This document shows, one piece after another, positions 50,051 through 62,723 of a stretch of DNA of 64,000 nt. A model generated the notes under the pieces. That model did no database searches. It was not told where the DNA came from and saw only the letters and a list, made by a program, of their open reading frames with translations. The stretch is from Dipteris shenzhenensis. Its lineage: Eukaryota. How positions within the stretch are numbered: position 1 is the stretch's first letter; the number at the start of each line of letters is the position of its first letter. Location of the stretch: the NCBI GenBank assembly GCA_047967505.1, contig CM106538.1. One strand, given 5' to 3'. The translations under genes were made by a program, and so were the position numbers.

Positions 50051-53000
50051 ATGGCTTCGAGTTTTAGTTCCAAGATGTCTTTCAAATATCTTGAACATGA
50101 TTGGTATTTTATGGAGCGCAAATCAAAGTATTTTTTGGTGATCACTGCCGAGACACTGCCGAGAATGTGTCAAGCGTGAAATATTCTCCAGAGGTAGTAA
50201 GAAATCGTGGCATGGTCTCAACCATCAACATTAAAGAAAACAATTTGATAGAAGTTGTGTGCAAAGGGAAGAATGACGATGTGGTCTACAAGTTACGAGT
50301 CACGCACAAGCACTTCTTGAAGCCCTTACCAGATTCAATTGAGGGATCCCAAGAATTACTTAGTGCCTTAGAAGCATTGAAGAAAATGTGGAATGCATTT
50401 CCAAGTGGTGGTGTTGTACCTTCAGCAACAGTAAGTATGCCATCTATAACATGTAACCCTCAAGTTGTACCACCAATATCTGTGGCGATAACTACGGTAT
50501 CTCCGGCAAGAGTAACTACAATATCTACAGTAGTAACTACAGTATCTCCAACTGTACCTACACCATTGACTGCTGCAACTACAGGAACAAGGAGTGATCG
50601 TGGAGCAGATTCAAGTTCCACAACTATTCCCAGAAAGAGAGCAAAAATAACTCCTACTCCACGTGCAGATTGTTCAAGTGCAGGTTATTTAAAACCAGGC
50701 GAAAAATTGGATAGTGATGATCAGAAGGATCCGTAAGAAGAAGATACAAGTCTCGCAGACTTTTCTATAAGTGTGGCAGACTTACATCTGGAGGATGAGG
50801 GGTACATTTGGGGATTTTCACAATTCAGCATGGCCACAATGCTTATTGATCGAGCTTCGTTGTTCACAAATCAAAGAAAGCTAGATAAGACATTTGCACG
50901 CAAATTGTATGAAGATACGAGGAAAACAAGAACTCCAGTTGCCACTAATATCACTCTTCATCCTATGGCATTTAAGAGACTTCAAGAAGATGATCCTACA
51001 TTGCTTGATGTCACATTTCAAAAGCGCGTGGACTTTCTTAATGCTTTTGAGAACTTTAGAAGGAGTGACTTTGTTCGTGGAGAGTCTTTGTACCAAAGTC
51101 GATATGGGACTGACATCGAGAAGAGATACATGCTCGCAAAGAATAGATTCTTGGAAAGATGCAGGTTTGAGCCCATTGATGGGCAACACTTTTGTGAAGC
51201 TTGCAGGATCGCCCTTGATGAGGGAAGAAAAGGAAACTTGCCGCAGATTGAGTGGATGGAAAAGTTTCAATAGGTCATTTGTCATGTATGCATATTTAAC
51301 GATGACTCGAAGTACATTCTAGAATCAGAAAGGCTGAATTTTGCTCCATTTAGGTTGAAAAAAAGCTCTTCTCTTTCTGAGATCCTGATAAGGGCAAGGG
51401 AGTTATGGGTGGGCTATGGAAAGCCACAAACAGTGAAGGGCAAGAGACCTACATCTGAGTACTTGGCAAAGAGGACTCGATTCTATAGATGCTTGAAAGG
51501 TGTTGTAAGCAATATGCAAGGCATACCAAGTAATAAGGTTGAGGCAAAGGATCTAAACACTGCCGTTGCAAGATACAGGGATATTACTTGCATTGTCTTC
51601 CACAAGGACTCTGTGTTTCAGAGCATGGTGGATGTTTGCCAAGCATATGAAACAGGAAAGATAAAGATATCCTTTGAGGCACCAGAGCACACTGCAACTC
51701 AGAGGAAAGAAATAATGAAACCGATGTCTATTGTTTAGTGGAGAGCATTAAGGTTTGTTCCAGATGCAATAACAGAAGAAGTATGTAAGAAGATCCTAAG
51801 CGGTGACTGCTTCTTTGGAAAGAAGAGCAAGCATAGCAACTTGGATGAAGTGGTCACCCGAATGATTCAAAGTGAGGCTGCTCTCTCGGCACTATTGTTT
51901 TATTGAAATCTGATGATGAGTTAGCTGGCAAGTCAATTAATGTGGATAAGAAGAAAGCACTTAGCCTAGGTCAACTCCTTGATAAGACATGGGCTAGAAA
52001 GTGGTTGGCTTCAATGGATGCAGATACCACACCAACAAAGGATCTAAGAGCTAAAATGCCAAAGATTGTTGAGACAGAATATATGGACATCAAGAAAAAG
52101 GCCTTGCAGTCCACTGCCCAAGGTAGAGCAATTGGTGGTTTAGATGACGGTTCTCCATTCAGCTTCTCCTATGATATCTTGCTATCAGATAATGATACAA
52201 ATTTTGCACACGTCAATGGCATTGATACATAGCATTTCATAACAATGAGCGGTCATGCTTGGGAGAAGCCATGTGTATTTTTCATAGATGAATTGCAAGA
52301 CCTTGCAGTGTCACAAATAGTTGAACTTGTGCGGTTTATCATAGAAGGTCCTATGGCAGATAAGAAAAGATCAACGTTGGTTCTGTTCATGATAGAATCA
52401 CAAAGGGATGCCTTGTATGCGAGTTTGACATCTGCTTTCAAAAGTATACCATGGTATAGTCCTACACAATCATATGACTATCTTGGAAGGCATTGCCATT
52501 CAAGTCTTGTAACCTTTCTTGATGTGCTTCTTATCCAAGGGTGGTGGCAATCTAATCAAAATTCCTTTAAGGACTCTCGAGCTTCATTACTTTGAGGACA
52601 ATAAGGTTAAACTTGATGCAGCAATGGTGGATTACAGAAAGCCGATGGATCCTGATGTGATACTAGAGATGACAAAGAATTTACTGAATGATGGGTGGGA
52701 AGTAGCATTGTATCGAATGGGTTTTGCTGCTAAGAAATTGCTATGCCAAGGTAGAAATGTAAATTTCATTGATACCCCCCATCAGATTGAGTTCTTTGGA
52801 TACATATTACAGTTGCACTACCTTCTTTGAAGAGGAAAATGTTAAAGAAGAGGGTAGTGAGGAAAATGTTGAAGACGAGGGTAGTGAGTTTGAGGGTGAT
52901 GATTCTAGCTCAAGTGATGATGAGGATGAAAGCTCTGCATCCAATGACTTACGCCAAGAAGAAATCCACACAAAGAATAAGGGTGATCAATTGTCAACTA

Positions 53001-53494
53001 GAGTCAAGGAGGTTCCACTCATCATACGGGAAGGCTCGTGGTAGCAAAAAGTAGTAGTACAGCATGTCATAGGAAAAGGTAAGGCTAAAGAGGTGGTAGC
53101 ACTTCCCTTGAAATTAAAAGTGAGGAAGGCACCTTTGATCTTGGGTGAAGGACATGCAAGTGGATCAAGCAAGGAAGCCTTACCCAAAGAAGGTATGGAT
53201 GAGGTAAAGCATGACCAGGAGGAGTTAGCAGGAGGCATAGATGGTTCTTCAACCATAACCTTACAGACTCCAAAGCAGCCTACTAGTCAGAAACCTAGTA
53301 GCCAGGACCCTACTCACCAAGAACTTGGACATGAGACTTTAGAGCAGCCTACTAGTCAGGTGCTTGGAACTGAAGAGCAAACTACTGAGGACCTTGCTAC
53401 TGAGACTCCAGTCTTAGAGCAGCCTATTAGTCAGGACCGTGGTAGTCAAGGGCCTGGCATTGAGGACATTGGTACTGAGGAACATGATTGCTGA
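50051..53494 (+). pseudogene. Large degraded gene (~1100 codons) with a ParB/DGQH-like segment and a possible degenerate methyltransferase-like segment
   Basis: Collinear ORFs 50101, 50773, 51355, 51903, 52245, 52519, 52769 and 53093 separated by single stops or frameshifts; NQRKLD...EPIDGQH; acidic C-terminus. Confidence 0.7.
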
Positions 53495-54179
53495 CGGCTT
53501 TGTAATCACAAGTTTTGAACTTTTGTGTAAAGCGAATATCTAATAAAAAGTTAACTACTTTTTTGATTTCTTTACTCTCATTATTGTGTATAAAGATTGT
53601 TTATGAGGTCCATTTTATACTTAATGGTGTATTTTAAACTTTATGTCAATGTATTTTTATAGTTAAGGGTGTTTTTTAATACCAAGTGAGGTGTATATGT
53701 ACATCACTTACACATAAAAGGATCTATGTACACTACCTTTCTAAGGGGTTTATGTACACCACCTTTCTAAAAGAAATGGTCATAAAGGTGTGTGCACACC
53801 ACTTATACATAAAGGTGTTTATTTACACCACCTCTCTAAGAGAATTGGTCATCTATTGATGTTCTTAGGTGATAGTAGCTCAATTCATAAGAAGTTATGA
53901 AGATGTTTATGTAGACCACCTCTGTAAGAGATTTGGTTATGCATTGATGTTCTTAGTACTTAATCACCAAATCTTTTGTTTGGAGTTGTCAAATCTAGTT
54001 CAAAAAACAACATTATTTACTAGCATATTCAAAATTTTTGGACTGTTTTTTAGTCCATTTCTCAAATTGGACTTTACACAAGTCCAAAAATTTTGAATAG
54101 TGTGTTATTCTCTATGGGACTGAGGTGGGACTTCATTTGAACTGCACGTGGATGATGAGCTCGAGGTCACTTTGAGTTT

Positions 54180-54660
54180 ATTTGCCGACTCTTAATCTGT
54201 TCAGCATGTCTAGGAAATAGTTTGTGTCTTGCCACATTGGTTGATGTAGTTCATAATATTATATGTCCCTTCATATTACGCGGCATTGTGGAGAAAATCC
54301 AATTGTCTTCTTTTGGCCTTACTTGGCAAAGGTCTACACAAAGAAGAATGTCAACTCCCCCAAAGGGCTGATTGTGGTTGTCTTTAATTTCATGTAGGCA
54401 CATGTCCATTGTGGTGAAATTGTTTTGCCCAATCAAGGAAATTTCCTCCACCACCACCAACTCCAAGTCCCTACATTGGAGTTGCTACAGCTTCTCAATG
54501 GAGAGGGATGGACATTGTGATGTTAGAAGCAATAGGCACAAAGCTGAGTCTATTATTATGCCTCCAATGTTTTATGTTACCTCCAGGTCATTGTTTGCTT
54601 GCATGTAGCCATTTTTGGTTAGGTTCAAGGAATTTTCTATATATAGGTATCTTGCATGAC
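54180..54660 (-). pseudogene. PIF1-family helicase fragment (Helitron-like)
   Basis: VVVEEISLIG, QPFGGVDILLCVDLCQVRP, upstream GGIIIDSAL, downstream FLDMLNRLRVG. Confidence 0.8.
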
Positions 54661-56434
54661 CCATAACTTATGCATTGCTCAACAGAATTTGGCAAACTTT
54701 GTCTTCAAGTTGTAGTACACATTCCAAACTTGAACATGAGACCACAATTATGGAATAAGGATTTGGAATGCGACTATTAAAGCATTACAAGTCATCCTAA
54801 AGACAATAATAGGATATAGCAATTTATCCAAAAACATCAAAATTTTATTCTATACATACATGCAACCAAGTAATCATTCAAAAGTACACTACGTGAGCTT
54901 CTCCTCAACCCAAGGACACACCTAAATGAGAACATTAGACATGGGTTAACAGGACTCTAATGTTGTGCTAAAGTAATGCAAACCCATTTGAGGGCAAGCT
55001 CCATAACTTTTTTTTTATTTGTTAAAAACAAAAACGGATTGAAAATTTGGAATCCAAAGTAGTGGGACTACTACATGGTGGTCTTAAAACATTGATAGTT
55101 GTTGATATTGATATCTAGATTCACCCTAAAATGGAAGTTGAAAATATGCAATTTGAGCATGTGCAAAGATATTTAAATAAATCCAACACTATCTATAATT
55201 TTGAATTGTTTCTTTTTCCATGCAATTGCTTACTATATGGCTCATAAGCATGCCAAATGTCATTGCATTTCATAACACATGGCATCAAAAACGATAGTGT
55301 GCCCTTTGGCTTATTTTTGTTTTGAAGCATTTTAGGCCGTATTGCACTTGTTTGGGATATCCAATTCTGTTGATGTGTATCATCGGAGGGGGGAAACCCT
55401 ACGGTTGAAAATTTTTCTACTCCTGTAAATTTTGAATTTTCACACCCCCCGCCCATCGAATCTTGGAATATTAACTACTTGCAACCTATCCATGCCCTGC
55501 AACCCATACACACCTCGATGTGACCTTGCATAAACTTTGGTTTGGCATTGTCTTCTTTTGAGTAAGTTGTCTTCTATTCTTTGCTCGCCTCACAATCTAG
55601 CTTCTCTGGGTCTATTCTGGACTGATCATGGCCATGGCGTCAATGCCAACATACAGCTTGCCATGGCTTGTAAGAGAAGGAGATAGAGGCTATGAGGCAG
55701 GAAAGCTGAAAAGCATGGTCAAGGCACAAGGAATAGATTGCAGGTCAAGGAAAGCAATGGCACAGTATTGAAATGGCAATGGAAGACACTTTTCCAACAT
55801 TTGTGAAGGAAGAAACAACGAGAAGAAAGATGACTCCTTGTAGAGTAGTAGCAGGAAGCAGTTGCACAAATGCATGCGAATTCAATCATTGCCATCAGAG
55901 CAAAGAGCACGAGCTATGGTGTCATGATTGGTGGGAGCATTCGAGGCAGCAACATCCAGCCAATTGAATACCAATCTCGAGTCTTTACAAGATTTAGCAT
56001 GCACCCTAAAGATGCACTCCGAAGAGGCGATGCTCTCTAACTTGAGAAATGGCCTACAGAAAGTGAAAGGGGTGCACAGCTTAGATCAACTAGGTGCAAA
56101 GAGGTCAACATTAGCTATGTTGGTGTCCCCTAAAATGGCTTGGGTGCACAATGTCAAAGATGTTGTCAATCAGAAGGACCAACATGGCTCTAGCAGTTGA
56201 ACGTAGAGTAGAAGCAATGCATGATCATCCTGATATGAGAAGACTGTGGACTTCAACAGAACGCAAAAAAGGAGATACAGTCTTAGTGCGAGAATCATTA
56301 CTGGAGTGACGATGTTTTGGTACAAAAATATGAGTTTCTCCAAATAGAAAGGACATTTGTAAAAATCAGATGGGACGCAAGGTGTTTGAGGAGCACACAA
56401 TACACATGCTTGATATAATACAGGTCAATGGTGC

Positions 56435-57005
56435 CTAAACCAACCCAGTGGTTGTTTGTGATTGAGATTTGGGATAGTTTACTTGTTTCATTTCTTAAAC
56501 CAAGCTTGGACTAAATGTGATTGTCCTAAATCAGCCCGGTGGTTGGAACATCATGCAACACTATGCTGGTTCAGCTAAATCACTAGTTATGTGATTGTCC
56601 TGAGCTGGCGTGGTTGAACAGACATTAGTTGCCATCCCGATGTCGTGGTTGGGCAAAAATTAATAGTAATATATTTTGCAATAGATCAGCAATATATTGT
56701 TATTTTACTAAGCTAGCCCTATGGTTGGAACATCATCAAACCGTGGCTACTTCAGCTCAATTAGTGGTTATGTGATTGTTCTGAATCAGCGTTGTTGAAT
56801 AGACATTAGTTAAATCGTGGCTGCTTTAGATCAATCAACAGTTATGTGAAGTTCCTGAAGCAGCGTGGTTGAACACACATTAGTTGTTGACCAGCCTAGT
56901 GGCGTGGTTGAGCAAAATTTAACAGCAATATATTTTGCAACAGAAAAGCAATATATTGTTATTTTACTAAACCAACCCAATGGTTGGAACATCATCCAGC
57001 CATGG
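56435..57005 (+). repeat. Degenerate tandem repeats
   Basis: GGTTGGAACATCAT x3; AATATATTTTGCAA...GCAATATATTGTTATTTTACTAA x2; GTTATGTGA x3. Confidence 0.8.
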
Positions 57006-57009
57006 ATGA

Positions 57010-60000
57010 TTTTTATTTTTTTTGAGAAAAAATGATTTATATTATAAATAGTTCATATGATATGCATTTATGATCCACAAAAAACAGTTATATCCGCAGG
57101 TCTTCGCATCTTAAGTCATCCAGAAGAAAATTCAAAGCTAACTCTCAGTCTAAGTCTGACTCAGTCTCATAATAGATGGATCCCTTGAAGTGGCATTCTT
57201 GATTGAAGTTTTGGCAGTGCTCCAGCTCGTGGTTCTTGATCTCTACAAAGAACTATGCAAGGTCGCTATCATATATCTTCGAAGCCTGCTAACCATTCAG
57301 AAAAAAGATATTCTACATCAGTAAGCTTATCATTAAATTGGACTTCATTTCTAGAAATCCACACAAACCATAATGCATGTGCCTGCACTAGTGCCCAACA
57401 TGAGTGTTTGACTTTAGATGCATCCCCAAGCATAATTTCTTTCCAATTGATCGGCTCACCTAGTTATATCTGCACTTTCTTCTAAAATTTCCTAGCTAAT
57501 GGGCATGCTACAAATAGGTGAAATACGTCTTCCTGTGCTCCCTCACAGTGTCGGCATTTGCTGTCCCCTTTTCCAATCCTGAGGCCTCTTGCATTTGTCC
57601 AGAAAGCTTTCAGCATAACCAACTAGAGCAAGGTCGACATCTTCTCTGAAATAGCTTTGGCCCAAATATAACAGAATCTCCGCTTCCAGCAAAGTGTAGA
57701 GTTGGAGCTGTTCCACCAGAAATTTAATACAGGGGTCATATCTTCAATAGAATCATACGGTGTAGGAATTGGGAGCAAATGATGGGAGTGAACCCAGCTA
57801 AACTCTAATGCATAGTTAAGTACTGAGTCCCCCTTCCACTGTGTATCTCCTTCCCAAAGAGCTATTCTATCCATGACAAACATGGCATCTTGATTGGTCT
57901 CAATCTAAATTCTCTCCAAATTTCAAGCAAGGTCTTCCATCTAATATGGTCTCTTTGCCACAAGTGGCCCCAAGATTCGATGCCCTTGTTGAATTGGAAG
58001 TTGAATTGGAAGCAAGCTCTAATAAAATCAGTATTGCTAAGTAATGCATTTCTATGTATTACTGACCCCCAAATAGAGTCAAGTTTCATGAAAAACCCTT
58101 TGCCGGAGAAGTGCACTTGCGTTTTAATTGATTCAAGTGCTCTCCACAAGGATTTCCATAAATCACTACCCTTAGTTAAGCAGGGTTTTGGACAAAAAAC
58201 CACAGACAACTTTGGGTAATTATTCCATCTCTTTTCCCTAACAAGTCAAATGAGCTTGAAATTTTGAGCAAGGAGTGTAACCCAATCTAGTTCCGGGTTA
58301 AGAAGAACTTTGAATATCCATGTCATTGCCAATTTTGCCACCTGTTTTATGTCAATCACTCCCAGCCCTCCTTCACTCTTGGGTCGAGTGCAAAAGTCCC
58401 ATCTTACCTTGGAGATTATGTTATATACTCCCCACATAAAGGATCTGCATTTAGCAATAAGTTTATCTAGTCCCGCTTGGCTTGGATGCCAGCAAGACAA
58501 GTAAAAGATAGTTATGGGATACAGGCAATGATTTAGCACCATCCTTCTTCCTGCTAGATTTGATTGAAATCCTCTCCAGTTTTCCAGCTTTGTGTTGAAC
58601 CTATTAAGTACCCAGTCCCATCGATCCTTCATTAACACCTCAAAGCCCATGGGTATGCCAAGCAGTTTGAAAATAGTGCCTTTTTGAATTAGTTCTTGAC
58701 AGCCTAGATGATCTCGCTGAGCTTGAGCGTTTCCATTGCGTGTGCAGTAACCTGTTTTGTTATGATTAATGAGTGAGCCAGAAGCTAGACAATATGTTTC
58801 CAGGGATTCCATAACTTCTCTCACATCACGTGTGGAGTTTTTCTAGGCATAAGATTCGTGTCATCCGCAAATTGTTGCATCACCATCTGCTTACCATTAG
58901 GCAACCCAATTCCTTTTATTGAACCCTTAGAAGTTTTTTCTATGAGCAACTAGTCCAACGAGTCCGCAGCTATAGCATATAGTAGAGGGGCAATGGGGCA
59001 GCCTTGCCTAATGGATCTTTGCAACTGAAAAGGTGGACATATCACCATTGATGCACACCTTGGTTGAGGCATTGGAAAGCATCAATTTGATTGCGGCAAT
59101 GAAATTAGGTCCCAGACCCATGTCTTTCATGGATTGCATAAGAAAATCCCAATCAAGCCTATCATAGGCTTTATCACAGTCTATTTTGATGAAGCAAATG
59201 TCTTGCCTAGACTCCCCCAGTGTGCTCACAGCCTTCCCAAATCTTAACAATAGCCTCTAGGAGGTGTCTCCCTTTTATGAATCCCTTTTGTTCCTATAAA
59301 ATTCCATGTATCCCTTGTGCTGGATTCTTAGTGCTAGTGCCTTGGCAAAGATTTTGTAATTGCGGTTAAGCATCATTAGATGTCTCCAGTTCTTTATTAT
59401 ATCTTTTCTTCTATCCTTTGGAATAAGTTTAACTATTCCAATTTTTAGGTGATCAGGGAGAGAGGAGGTGGAGATACTTTCTTGCCATACCTCCAGGAGT
59501 CTAGGGCCTATCCACTCCCAAAAGACCTTGTAGAATTCAACGGGGGTAAGCTGTCTTCTCTAGGGGTTTTCCCATCTTTCATGGCCATCATTGCTTCCTT
59601 AAGTTCACCTAGGGTAAGAGGAGCTTCCAAGCTCTGATGGTCAAGACCTATGACAACCCTTTGTCTTGCAGCCTGGCATCTAAGTCTTGCCTACACTACT
59701 GTGTCATTTGTCTGCATCGTTTATGACAAAATATTCTTAAAGTGTTCGCAAATGTACTCTCTGTTTTCAGTGTCCGATTGTGCCCAACTGTTTGGACTGA
59801 CTTCAAGGAGTGGAATTTCCTCTAATGTTCTCTTCCTGTGTATAATCTTGAAAGTTTCTTTGGTGGGCCTATCAAGCTTACCAGCCCACTATCTTCTGGT
59901 GTATAGTGTGGTTGATGAATATCTTATGCTTTCAAGTCTAGCTAGTTCGCTCTTAGCAAGACGAAGCTCGACCTATGCTTGAGTGTTACTGTTATGTTCC

Positions 60001-60720
60001 TGGGCTTCAAGAGCATTGAACCTCTTCTAGTCAGTGGCTATTCTCTGACGTCAAACTTTATCTCTGAGCTTTCTAGCATGCTTGAGAACTTCTTGCATTT
60101 CAAGGGCATTCCTAATCCAAAAGTCAGCCGCTAACTCATCAATGAGTCTAGGAGCAATCCAAAGCTCCTTCACTTTATCTTGTATAGTCCCTAGCTGGAA
60201 AAGGCTGGGATTAGCCTTAAGCCAAGATGGGGCTCTTGTACTTGACCCAAATTCACACTAAAGGAAAAGTGGTTTGTGATCAGAGAATGCAAAAGTGGAC
60301 TCCACTTGTCCGGGAGCTGCCAGAAAGTTTTTTTTCCCTTGAAAGGAGTAGAGAAGAAGCCCCCTCTATTTTGTTAAAGAGCCCTCGCATACGTGGAGCT
60401 GGGTGTTGAAGCTTTTCTAGGGCAACTAGGAGACGCTGCTCCGGTGTTGAGAGAACCACGACTTGTGGACCTTCCAACCCTGCTACCTCCCTGGCCGATG
60501 AGGGAAAAGAGTTTCCTCAATCACTGGTTCCTCTTTGGGTTCCTTCTTGGGAACCAGCAGGTGAGGTCCAAGTTGCTCTGTTTCCATCTCTGACATCCGT
60601 CTGAGTTTGCGCAGGCGAGTTGTCGACTAGCGGAGGGAAAGTAGTGAGGTCTGTGAAGTCAGGGTCGAAGTATTCTCTTCCAAAAGAGGGTAAGAGGGGT
60701 GGAGCCAGTGTCACATCTTG
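57010..60720 (-). mobile_element. Degraded L1-clade LINE (endonuclease remnant, RT, zf-RVT-like region, poly-A end)
   Basis: SDHKP (~60275), YKIFAKAL, KIDCDKAYDRLDW, RQGCPIAPLLY, QQFADDT (~58865), FKLLGIP, KSEGGLGV, CRHC...HLF..C; T-run at 57010-57023; 5' limit uncertain. Confidence 0.9.
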
Positions 60721-60884
60721 CAGGCAGAACGATGGATTCTTAATGAGTGTCGTCAGGGTTTTTTTTAAACGTTTTTTTTCAAAAAAATCTTTTAAATCAT
60801 ATTTAATTCCATAAATCCCAAATTTATTCTTACAAAAATTTATTTCTTATCAGGTCAAAGATGACCTAATAAACCTACTACCTT

Positions 60885-62190
60885 CCAGAAGGGACTTTAC
60901 AAATCCCTTAAGGGATGTGATCTAATCACATAAGGGTATGGGACTGCAAATCCCTCATGGGACATGGATCAAATCTCATAAGGGACCCAAAAACTCCTAT
61001 GTGGGACTTCAAATTCCATGAGGGACCTTGAACTCCAGTATGTAACATTAAATCCCTTGTAGGATATGGATCAGATCTCATAAGAGACTTTGAAATTCCT
61101 ATGTGGGACTTAAAATCTCATAAGGGACCCAAAAACTCCTATGTGGGACTTTAAATTCCAGAAGGAATCTCCGAACTCCTACACAAGACTTTATATATCC
61201 CATTTGCAAATTCAAATATTCCATGTGGGATATTGTTTCACTCCCAAAGTGGACTTCTAAAATTGTATGTGGGACTTTAAATATGATGTTTAGGACTTCA
61301 AACATTCCATGTGGGATATTGATCCATTCTTATATAACCCTTTAAATAGCAAGATTTCAAATCTCTTTAAATAACCCTTTTGGAAATTCAAATATTCCAT
61401 GTGGATATTTATTTTCTCCCAAATTGGGCTTTTAAACATGTATGCCAGACTTTAAATTGATGTTTAGGACTTCAAAGATTCCATGTGGGATATTGATCCA
61501 CTCCTATATGGGAGTACCAAATTGATATGTGGGACTTTAAATGGACCATGTTCAGCAAGATTTAAAATATTCATGCAGGATTTTCATTTAATTCATCAAG
61601 GGCTATTGGCTAGCAGCTAAAAACTTCAAATATTCACATGGGAAATTGATTCAAATGTTATGTTTAAGAGTTCAAATAGGGATGTTGATTCAAATTTCAT
61701 GTTTCAGACTTCAAATATTCACGTGGGATATTGATTTAAATGTCATGTATGATGTTTAAGACATCATATATGGGGGCTTCAAATTTCATGTTCAAGACTT
61801 CAAATTCATGTTTAAGACTTCAAGTGTTGACATGGTATAGTGATTTAATCCATCAAGGGCTATTGGTTTATTTCCATAAGGGAGTTCTAACTACCATGCA
61901 AGAGATGACACAAAAGGGAGGAAATGATTAAACTTCAACTCCCATGAGGGAGCTTGAAGTTCCATATGGAAGCTAGAAATTCCTTAAAAATGATATGGAT
62001 AGGATATATTATTTAGAGATTATTTTGTATGGGGAGGTTTATTCCCATAAGGGAGTTCTAACTACCGTGCAAGAGATGACACAAAAAGGATCAAATCCCA
62101 TGAGGGAACTTGAAGTCCCATATGGCAAATAGAAATGCCTAAAAAGGGATATGGATAGAATATATTATTTAGGGATTTTTTGTATTGGGA
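60885..62190 (+). repeat. Degenerate short-unit tandem repeats
   Basis: ATGTGGGACTT/CTTCAAA units; duplicated block TTCCATAAGGGAGTTCTAACTACC.TGCAAGAGATGACAC at ~61872 and ~62043. Confidence 0.8.
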
Positions 62191-62723
62191 GGGCTTAATA
62201 TTTTATTTATTTACCCCTTTCAAACGTTTTCAATGCTTGCAATACTATAAAGAACATACCTATACAAATTATATCACCAAGCCAAAGAACTAAAAAGTGT
62301 AAGTACTTGATGAGGAGCTTGTGAATTGATTCAATATTTTAAATAAATCATTCTAGTTAGTTAACCATAATAGTTGTATTTTTTCTTAGTTATTTTATAA
62401 GGGATTGGTTCTTATAAAAAATCCCATCAACAATATCATGTATTAACATACAGCAATGCTTGGATTCCAGAAACCTATATTTTCGTTATAGGATATCCAG
62501 GAGTTATGACGTTAAGTGTCCTATGATTAGGTCCCTTCTTCTAAATCTAATAGGTATCATTTCCCTTCTCACTTTCCATTAGTTTTGTGATTGTTGTTGT
62601 TTGAAGTAATATTTAAAAGTGCCTCAATTTGGCCTTGTATTGTTTTTTGGCTCAAAGAGCCTAGGACTAGATTTAAACCAAGAAAGACACATAGGATCCT
62701 CTCCAAAATGACAACCTAAAGGC

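Larger units (their letters stand above)
47109..54106. mobile_element. Putative two-gene DNA transposon bounded by inverted (sub)terminal repeats
   Basis: 47109-47136 matches the reverse complement of 54080-54106; palindromic GGTGTAT.NATACACC-type motifs cluster at 47450-47590 and 53685-53920; divergent genes inside. Confidence 0.55.

Noticed and set aside
55500-56400. Coding-like fragments between the PIF1 remnant and the LINE
   Set aside because: Short ORFs in inconsistent frames with no recognisable motif
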